Positions 1-7,022 of a stretch of DNA of 7,578 nucleotides are shown here, piece by piece; the first letter of the stretch is position 1; each line of letters begins with the position of its first letter. A program made the translations under genes and the position numbers. The stretch is from NCBI GenBank assembly GCA_051294375.1, contig JBJCIZ010000651.1:19338-26915 (forward strand), in the 5' to 3' direction. Source of the stretch: Paraspadella gotoi. Its lineage: Eukaryota; Animalia; Chaetognatha. Under the pieces are notes generated by a model that saw nothing but the letters and a program-made list of their open reading frames with translations, was not told where the DNA came from and made no database searches.

Positions 1-2
1 AA

Positions 3-3000
3 GATACAAAAGGCGAAATGGAACCCCCCCCTTTACCAACCAATCCACCGCAAACCCATCCGCCCCACCCACGAAATGAACCGCCACCCAGGGATGACAC
101 NNNNNNNNNNATCAACTTCAACAGCAACAGTTACATCCCAGCAGTAGTAGGAGGAGCCCCAGCGAGCTGCCTCTACGACACAGGGGCATCGATAAACACT
201 ATCCCGAAGAAGTNNNNNNNNNNNNGGTCAATGACGAGCAAAATCTACTCCGGCCCGCCACTCCGGGTATCGACAGGAAATGGAAACGTCGTCATCCAAG
301 ACCGCATCAATCTCAGAGTCATGTTCCAGAATTGGATACTGGACACAACCTTCTTCATATCCCCAGACGAAGNNNNNNNNNNNNNNNNNNNNNNNNNNNN
401 NNNNNNNNNNNNNNNGCCAGCCAATGAGATGTGGATCGTCACCCCAGCCGAAAAGCAAGGTCTACAAGTTGCACACATGGCAGGGAAACCGGTCACGCAT
501 CTCTTTAAGGACAAACAGTCAGCTCTCAAAGCAGCAAGATGGCTCGCAAGAAGATGTGTTGACGAGAAANNNNNNNNNNCGCTCTACGCAGAAAGAAACG
601 AGGCGGGAAACCTCGTAGTGAGAGCAGCCAGGGTCTACTGGAAGTCGCTCGCGGAAGCAAAGTGGATCCTACAATCCAGCGACGGCGAAACGGCTTGCAC
701 AGTATCAGGCGAGCACCTAAAACAAGGGGTGGAATTGCCGGGCGAACCCGGCGAATGGGGAGAAGCGAAACTAATCGTCACAGAAGAAGCCAAGACGGAT
801 TTAAATCTTGATCCGGACTGTATCGCGAGACCGGTCCAAGCAGATTTAACGGGGGAGAGACCAAAATTACGACGGGTGCGGAAAGAAAACATACCGCCAA
901 CAAAGATTATAAAACACACACCTTCAGAGGCAGAATTGGAGGCGGTAGAAGAAGCGAGAAGAAGGAGACGCCAAAAACACGACGACAGAGGGAAAGACGA
1001 ATTCCTACGCCCGTTTAAGGAAATCGACCCATCCCTCATCGACAAAGCCCCCATAGTTTGNNNNNNNNNNTGGGAATTCAGAGACGTTTTCGGGGAATCG
1101 ATAAACGACTGCAAGGAGGGATTCCTGAACTATAGAGTCGACCTTGGATACACCACAGAAGGCTTACCAAAACCAAGGTTTGTAAATCAAGGCCCAGTGA
1201 AAAAGGCAGCCCTCAAAAGATNNNNNNNNNNNNNNNNNNNNNNNNNNNNNNNNNNNNNNNNNNNNNNNNNNNNNNNNNNNNNNNNNNNNNNNNNNNNNNN
1301 NNNNNNNNNNNNNNNNNNNNNNNNNNNNNNNNNNNNNNNNNNNNNNNNNNNNNNNNNNNNNNNNNNNNNNNNNNNNNNNNNNNNNNNNNNNNNNNNNNNN
1401 NNNNNNNNNNNNNNNNNNNNNNNNNNNNNNNNNNNNNNNNNNNNNNNNNGGCTAATCTGCGACTTATCAGCTGTAAATGATAACATCTCCACCTTCGCGA
1501 CAGAACCACAGACAATCGCCTCAATCTTAGAGGAATATAAACCTCACGAACTACAGTGTTCAGTCGACATCCTGGCATGTTTTCATCAAGTAAATCTGGC
1601 AGACAAATGCAAACCGGTAACTGCCTTCGCAGGCGCAGGACACAACTGGCACATGAACAAGCTCCCCATGGGAGGAGTAAACAGCGTAAACGTGCTGCAG
1701 GCCATCCTAGACGAGATTTTTGCAGNNNNNNNNNNNNACGTAAAGAGCTTCCTCATTTACGTCGACGACCTCATCCTGACAGCGAGATCACCCGAGGAAA
1801 TGGCAGAGCGCCTGCGAGAATTCTTGGAAATATGTAGACGAGAAAACGTCGTCTTGAAGTGGACCAAGAGCGTCCTGCTGAGGAAAGACGACATCAAAAT
1901 CCTCGGCTTTAGCATCTCGCNNNNNNNNNNNNNNNNNNNNNNNNNNNNNNNNNNNNNNNNNNNNNNNNNNNNNNNNNNNNNNNNNNNNNNNNNNNNNNNN
2001 NNNNNNNNNNNNNNNNNNNNNNNNNNNNNNNNNNNNNNNNNNNNNNNNNNNNNNNNNNNNNNNNNNNNNNNACACGCACTCACGCTGGTCGACAAGAGCA
2101 GTTTCAAGTTCGAAGGAAAGCATCGGGAGGCCCTAGAAACGCTAGTCAGTGAAATAAAAAACACTCCAGGACTAAATTTTTTAAACGATGCAAAAATAAA
2201 AAATGGAGAATACCGCATATACGCCGATGCCAGCACCAGCGCGATNNNNNNNNNNATAACGGCAACAGCAAACGGTGTAGAATATCCGTTAAGTTTCCAC
2301 TCCAAATCATTTCCAGATGAATACAAGATCAAACACATAAACATACTCGAAACATTAGCGTTCAATATGATGATCAGAAAGTTCAAAGGTTATATCTGCG
2401 GCAGACGAGTAAAATTGATCACCGATTCACAATACTTCAAAAGGGTGATGGATCTTCAACACGACAGACAACAACTACTCCCAACNNNNNNNNNNCGATG
2501 GATAACCGAAATAAGACAAGAATGCCACCCGAACGAAGTAGTACTTGTGAAGAGCGAAGACAATCCAGCCGATTTTCTCACGAGATTCACCGAACAAGGC
2601 CAGATAACTCCGCTGGACACGCCTTTCATGCCCGCTGGCTTTAACATCGAAGGCACGTACGAACCAGGTTATAGCGAGGACCCGATAAGCGGCGGCGCAT
2701 GGCCAGGCCACTTAGAACTAAGAGTCGGAGGAGCACCGNNNNNNNNNNTCGTCGCCGCCACCCTGAACATAGATGAAAAACTATTTCGAACGACTTTTTT
2801 CAACTTTGTAAGAAAAGAATTTGAAAAGAAAAAGGAAAACATAAAGAAACTTTACGGAGAACCAAAAACGAAAGACACCGACACTTTCATAAGATGCATC
2901 TCGNNNNNNNNNNGGATGCTCGGACACCCGGAACTGGAAATGCTCGCGGACATGATCGACATCCGCATCAGAATCCTTGACGAAGATGTCACTACGCCAG

Positions 3001-3773
3001 CCGGATGCAAATTTGAAAAGACATATGGAACAAACAATCAGCGAGAACTAAAGATTTTCAGGACAACAACAGGCCAAGCTTCCCTGATAGCAGATGAATC
3101 TGCAAATCTTAGAGTCGCAAAAGCCACTGAAAAGGAAAAGAAGGAGATAAAAATCATCACGAAAGACATCATCAACGATGCCATAACGGAAAAATGGTTA
3201 GGACCAAACTCAAACAAGCCATACGCTGAACGCCTCGCGCCACCACCGAAGCAGAGAAAAAAAGAGGACCTCCCAGCAAACACAACAATCATCTACGGAT
3301 CCCCGACAAACGAAACACAAAAAAAACCCGGGCCACCAGCGATGAAACCTCAAGACGAAACTAGAGAAGCAGGACCGCCGACATCTCAAATAAGACGACC
3401 CGGCGCAAGTGTCGAAGCTCAAACACCTCCACGAAGCCCCATGCCTGCAGCGCCACCTCTGACGCCGCCACCAGCCTTACCTCTTTCAACCCCATCGGGA
3501 TGGAAAACGGCNNNNNNNNNNGCGCTGCAAGAAGATGAAACAGGAGACGTCAGAACGGCGGCCCCGCCTACGGCGCGTAACCAAAACCCAGGAGCCGAAA
3601 AGGAGCGCCACCCACGAGCAAACGAGAGACGCCGAAGCGCATGGGAGACCGACGAGACGATCGAAATACCGCCAGACTCGACCACCGAAGCGTCCATCGA
3701 GATAGACGCACTCGACCTGTTGGAGGAAGAAAACCAAACCAACACAGGCGAGACAGTCACTCCTCCCCTATAA
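3..3773 (+). CDS. pol: Pol polyprotein, 5'-partial (protease, RT, RNase H, OTU-like domain, Pro-rich linker)
   Basis: Frame +3 is open from base 3 (GAT ACA AAA GGC GAA ATG), so the ATG at 18 is probably not the real start. The frame is kept across every N gap up to the TAA at 3771-3773. Confidence 0.93.
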   Translation, partial: DTKGEMEPPPLPTNPPQTHPPHPRNEPPPRDDXXXXINFNSNSYIPAVVGGAPASCLYDTGASINTIPKKXXXXXSMTSKIYSGPPLRVSTGNGNVVIQDRINLRVMFQNWILDTTFFISPDEXXXXXXXXXXXXXXXPANEMWIVTPAEKQGLQVAHMAGKPVTHLFKDKQSALKAARWLARRCVDEKXXXXLYAERNEAGNLVVRAARVYWKSLAEAKWILQSSDGETACTVSGEHLKQGVELPGEPGEWGEAKLIVTEEAKTDLNLDPDCIARPVQADLTGERPKLRRVRKENIPPTKIIKHTPSEAELEAVEEARRRRRQKHDDRGKDEFLRPFKEIDPSLIDKAPIVXXXXWEFRDVFGESINDCKEGFLNYRVDLGYTTEGLPKPRFVNQGPVKKAALKRXXXXXXXXXXXXXXXXXXXXXXXXXXXXXXXXXXXXXXXXXXXXXXXXXXXXXXXXXXXXXXXXXXXXXXXXXXXXXLICDLSAVNDNISTFATEPQTIASILEEYKPHELQCSVDILACFHQVNLADKCKPVTAFAGAGHNWHMNKLPMGGVNSVNVLQAILDEIFAXXXXXVKSFLIYVDDLILTARSPEEMAERLREFLEICRRENVVLKWTKSVLLRKDDIKILGFSISXXXXXXXXXXXXXXXXXXXXXXXXXXXXXXXXXXXXXXXXXXXXXXXXXXXHALTLVDKSSFKFEGKHREALETLVSEIKNTPGLNFLNDAKIKNGEYRIYADASTSAXXXXITATANGVEYPLSFHSKSFPDEYKIKHINILETLAFNMMIRKFKGYICGRRVKLITDSQYFKRVMDLQHDRQQLLPXXXXRWITEIRQECHPNEVVLVKSEDNPADFLTRFTEQGQITPLDTPFMPAGFNIEGTYEPGYSEDPISGGAWPGHLELRVGGAPXXXXVAATLNIDEKLFRTTFFNFVRKEFEKKKENIKKLYGEPKTKDTDTFIRCISXXXXMLGHPELEMLADMIDIRIRILDEDVTTPAGCKFEKTYGTNNQRELKIFRTTTGQASLIADESANLRVAKATEKEKKEIKIITKDIINDAITEKWLGPNSNKPYAERLAPPPKQRKKEDLPANTTIIYGSPTNETQKKPGPPAMKPQDETREAGPPTSQIRRPGASVEAQTPPRSPMPAAPPLTPPPALPLSTPSGWKTXXXXALQEDETGDVRTAAPPTARNQNPGAEKERHPRANERRRSAWETDETIEIPPDSTTEASIEIDALDLLEEENQTNTGETVTPPL
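132..415 (+). other. Retropepsin-type aspartic protease domain
   Basis: YIPAVVGGAPASCLYDTGASINTI, with the catalytic D-T-G at 177-185 and a flap-like VSTGNG. The expected ILG motif falls in the N gap 373-415. Confidence 0.92.
423..620 (+). other. Small inserted domain resembling DUF2188 (tentative)
   Basis: WIVTPAEKQGLQV...VTHLFKDKQSALKAARWLARR...LYAERNEAGNL resembles my recollection of the DUF2188 pattern HVVP..GW.V...F.TK.EA..AAR.LA...L.IH..DG.I. This is a by-eye match only. Confidence 0.35.
1071..1920 (+). other. Reverse transcriptase domain (partly masked by N)
   Basis: EFRDVF, LICDLSAVND (1452), SVDILACFHQVNL, TAF, NKLPMGGVNS, YVDD at 1758-1769, LKWTKS, and the primer-grip-like IKILGFSIS. 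Confidence 0.97.
2208..2585 (+). other. RNase H domain (Ty3/Gypsy type)
   Basis: IYADAS (D at 2226), PLSFHSK, NILETLA (E at 2349), LITDSQ (D at 2424) and NPADFLTR (D at 2571) give a complete D-E-D-D set. Confidence 0.95.
2709..3095 (+). other. OTU-like cysteine protease fold domain, possibly catalytically inactive
   Basis: LRVGGAPxxx(F/L/I/V)VAATL sits at the Cys-loop position, with the key codons masked by N at 2739-2748. A helical block follows, then MLGHPELEMLADMIDIRIRILD (cf. OTU WGGxxELxALA...xIxI), then TYG..ELKIFRTTTGQASLI (cf. YG..IxLxY...HYxxL). About 125 aa, consistent with OTU size. Confidence 0.6.
3237..3770 (+). other. Low-complexity Pro/Thr/Glu-rich linker within Pol
   Basis: PPPKQRKK...QTPPRSPMPAAPPLTPPPALPLSTPS...acidic ETDETIEIPPDSTTEASIEIDALDLLEEE, about 180 aa. 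Confidence 0.8.
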
Positions 3774-4200
3774 GCTCAAGCTGAAGTAAAGAAAATGGTC
3801 AAAACGAAGACGAAGCAACATCAATCGATTAAAAAACCAATTTACAAAAAATCACGGCGCCATGGGATTTAAAGGCGCATTGATGGTCAACGACAAAGAA
3901 GGCTCGTGCTCCAAACGCCAGAGCCAAATGCTTGGCTCTGAAGTGAACAAACGCGGATATTAAAGAACCATGTATATTTCTAGAGACGATATAACTGGCG
4001 TCATCGGTTACAAAATAACACGCGAACGACTCGAATCGTGTGCCTCAAAGAAAAACCTTGAGAGACGTAGTGAAAAAAAATTCACGAGAAACTGGGCACC
4101 CAGGCCGCGATCCGGACAGCGTACCTCGTATCGCAGTACCGTTGCAAGCCCAGAAAATGGTGCGCACCGTTGCGGGATATCGTACTCACGTGCGACCTCG
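3774..4200 (+). pseudogene. Frameshift-disrupted Pol segment including the integrase HHCC zinc finger
   Basis: The motif is split across frames: IHEKL (H at 4083, frame +3), GHPGRD (H at 4097, frame +2), DIVLTCDL (C at 4191, frame +3), then QKNDRRD from 4201 in frame +1. The second Cys codon appears to be lost at about 4200. Confidence 0.75.
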
Positions 4201-5041
4201 CAGAAGAACGACAGACGAGATGCACTAAAACGAAACAGATCCGACATCCGCGACCCATCCGCCCTAACGCCGTGGGAATCGCTATGCATAGACGTCATGC
4301 ATCTTCCCACCAGCAGCGGCATCAGCCATGTAGTTGTCGCGTCCGATAACGCCTCCGCCTACACGTGGGCATTACCCATCCGCAGAGCAGACGCGCAAAA
4401 CATCATAACAGCCCTCGATAAAAACATTTTTCTATTACATGGAAATTACCTCGAAATAAACTTTGATGGCGCTACATCACTAAACGGTGAGGAAATGCGA
4501 AGCTTTCTCGACCTCCTCGACACAAGCGGACGAAGGACCCTAGTCTCANNNNNNNNNNGCAACAGAGCCGAGAGGGACATCGGCCGAATCAGACAGGCAC
4601 TGAGAAAGGCAATTGACGACGACGCAACGGCCTGGTCAAAGAAACTGCCTCACATACTACTCACCCTCAATGCCACGCCCATAACAGGATGGAAAACGGA
4701 CATGAGCCCACACGAACTACAATTCGGACACAAACCCAGACTGGTCGAGGCCCCGGATGAAGAAACTTATGAATATCTATCTGACTATGCAAAACTAAGA
4801 GCTGACAGGCAGGAAGAAGCGCAGCATAAAATCGCCGAACAGCGCAGAGTCAGAAATAGAACAGCAAAAAGAGTAAACCGGTTCCGTGACCCAAAAAAGC
4901 TGGCCGTGGGAGACCAAGTATACGTGAGGCGCGACTTGATCCGCACAGGAGCCGCGCCAGCCGCAAATAAAATGAAAACTGTGTACACAGGCCCACACGA
5001 AATCCTAGAAATAAAAGGAAACCATTTTATCGTCGAGATAG
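4201..5041 (+). CDS. Integrase catalytic core and C-terminal GPY-type module (3' end lost in N gap)
   Basis: PWESLCIDVMHLP (D at 4291), VVASDNASAY, INFDGA (D at 4465), NRAER (E at 4570), WSKKLPHILLTLNATP, SPHELQFG, LAVGDQVYVR and KMKTVYTGPHEILEI. Confidence 0.95.
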
Positions 5042-5493
5042 NNNNNNNNNNNNNNNNNNNNNNNNNNNNNNNNNNNNNNNNNNNNNNNNNNNNNNNNNNN
5101 NNNNNNNNNNNNNNNNNNNNNNNNNNNNNNNNNNNNNNNNNNNNNNNNNNNNNNNNNNNNNNNNNNNNNNNNNNNNNNNNNNNNNNNNNNNNNNNNNNNN
5201 NNNNNNNNNNNNNNNNNNNNNNNNNNNNNNNNNNNNNNNNNNNNNNNNNNNNNNNNNNNNNNNNNNNNNNNNNNNNNNNNNNNNNNNNNNNNNNNNNNNN
5301 NNNNNNNNNNNNNNNNNNNNNNNNNNNNNNNNNNNNNNNNNNNNNNNNNNNNNNNNNNNNNNNNNNNNNNNNNNNNNNNNNNNNNNNNNNNNNNNNNNNN
5401 NNNNNNNNNNNNNNNNNNNNNNNNNNNNNNNNNNNNNNNNNNNNNNNNNNNNNNNNNNNNNNNNNNNNNNNNNNNNNNNNNNNNNNNNNNNNN

Positions 5494-7020
5494 AGCAGGG
5501 TTCTTTATAACCGTATTGCAGTTACAAGCATTTCGCCCCTGCAGGTGGGAAAATATTTCAGATATGATCGATGTATGAAAGATCGTCTGCCAGAAGGCGG
5601 GGAACTTTGTGCGTCGTACGCGGCCCTATACGCGCATTCTTGAAAGATCAAAATCACGAGAGAAGAAGACAGCACAGAGTTACGGGTAGAGTAGGAGGGC
5701 GTTCGCGCTGCGGGAGACCGATTTGATGTCGTCTGTGTGTTACTTGAGCTTCAGAGACTTAGTATATAATATTGAATGACAATGAGAGGAAGTCAAAGTC
5801 GAGTAATTAAACGCGGAAAAGTAGTTCGCCTTTGTTCCATACGTTATCTTTGGCTTGTACTTTCTTTTAGTTTGAAAATTCAGTTGCAACGCGATCGCGC
5901 CCTGACTAACCGGAGTGAATGCGATGGTCGGCGATGTTGGTTTTCGAGGGGCGGGGGTAAGCCCCGTTGCTAAAGAGCTTAAATCACAAGTTGCTTCCTT
6001 TGTTGATGTACGCTCTCTTGACATGAATCCCGAAGTCTTCAGTACAAAATGAATAACGTTTCTGCTTTTCCGGCAGATTTCTTGACAGCCGTTCGAGGGT
6101 TGGCCGACGCATAGAGTGCATATTGCGTAGATGTCTAGCCGAAGAGAAGTACTCTTTTTTGTCCAGCAATTTCCTGCGTTCTTTTTCTCGAATTAATTCT
6201 CAGAGGATATATCTGCACTTCAATGGTATTTGCCTTTGTATGGCAGGTACCGACAGTACCAGAGTTCACTCTCAGTACATGATTCGATCCTGCTTACGCA
6301 GCCAAAACCGGGGAGTCGTTCATCACTCGCAGCCAGCTTTCGTCGTGAAGACCGTCCTTCGAGACGCGTAGCGAGAGCCGCGTCTGACAATTCTGCGGCG
6401 CCTTCCACGCTGAGGCGGGAAAGAGTAACCAAAAGCACACTGAGCTAGGTCATGGTCGCAATGCTTCGCGTGTCTCGCATCCCTCCGCCAGTCTCAAGAG
6501 TTTTAGAGTCGTCTGCTATCGAAATCAAGAGGAATCAACATAGCAGATGAAAGGAGAAGGTTCGCACCCATTTTGCATCTCTTTATCTAGTTGATATCAG
6601 TACGGAAATTCACACATTCACTACTGTTCAGCAGTAGCCCTAGAACGTCATTTGTGCCAATGTGTGGTTATAATGTTATCGCCCAGCTTCCTTCACATCT
6701 CGATGGGGACATAGTATTCCCTGCTTTGGTTCCGCTCACGTTCTCTCGATGGGCAGGCTACTCATGCGGTACACCTTTTCTTTTTGTCGTGTAGTCCAGG
6801 CACATTTCTCTCCGCGGTTACGAAGAAATGATCGACCTGACGCATGTTTGGGTATGGGTCATGTCCATCTTCACCTATCAATCCCGTGCTCTCCCGCTTG
6901 GCACCACGGTTAAGCTTCGCAGCCTTTCGCCTCGTGTTAGCTCGTCGCTCCGGACAAAAGATGATCTCCCCTCTCGCTCTACTCCTTCTACAGTTACCTC
7001 TAACGAGCCACGTGCACTCG
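5494..7020. other. Compositionally distinct segment with no convincing coding capacity (insertion, flanking DNA or misjoin)
   Basis: The A>>T skew of the element disappears: line 4801-4860 has 24 A and 5 T, while line 6781-6840 has 13 A and 19 T. Only short ORFs without recognisable motifs occur on either strand. Confidence 0.6.
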
Positions 7021-7022
7021 CC

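Noticed and set aside
29-35. C CCT TTA slippery heptamer as a gag-pol -1 frameshift site
   Set aside because: It is phased in the pol frame itself, so a -1 slip would leave pol and hit TGA at about 77. The pol frame is already open upstream.
18-100. Start codon or gag gene
   Set aside because: The frame is open to the window edge, and the Pro-rich stretch has no CCHC knuckle or capsid motif.
635-3760. Minus-strand ORFs (e.g. 635-1114, 1757-2386, 3419-3760)
   Set aside because: They are antisense shadows of biased pol codons, rich in Ser/Phe/Leu and often extended by N gaps, with no motifs.
3970-4200. N-terminus of the listed 557-aa ORF as real protein
   Set aside because: The zinc-finger residues lie in other frames. 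Frame +1 becomes integrase-like only from about 4201.
5494-5643. C-terminus of integrase or a chromodomain
   Set aside because: It is joined to the integrase ORF only through 452 Ns, has different composition and shows no chromodomain motif.
5650-6600. Polypurine tract and 3' LTR (purine runs near 5658, 5946, 6412 and 6546)
   Set aside because: None is clearly followed by a TG-initiated repeat, there is no second copy to define an LTR, and env-like sequence lies further downstream.
6828-7020. N-terminal part of ORF 6828-7304 as an env signal peptide
   Set aside because: It begins at a non-ATG codon in the foreign-composition segment and is Ser/Arg-rich without a proper hydrophobic core. It is probably a chance in-frame extension.
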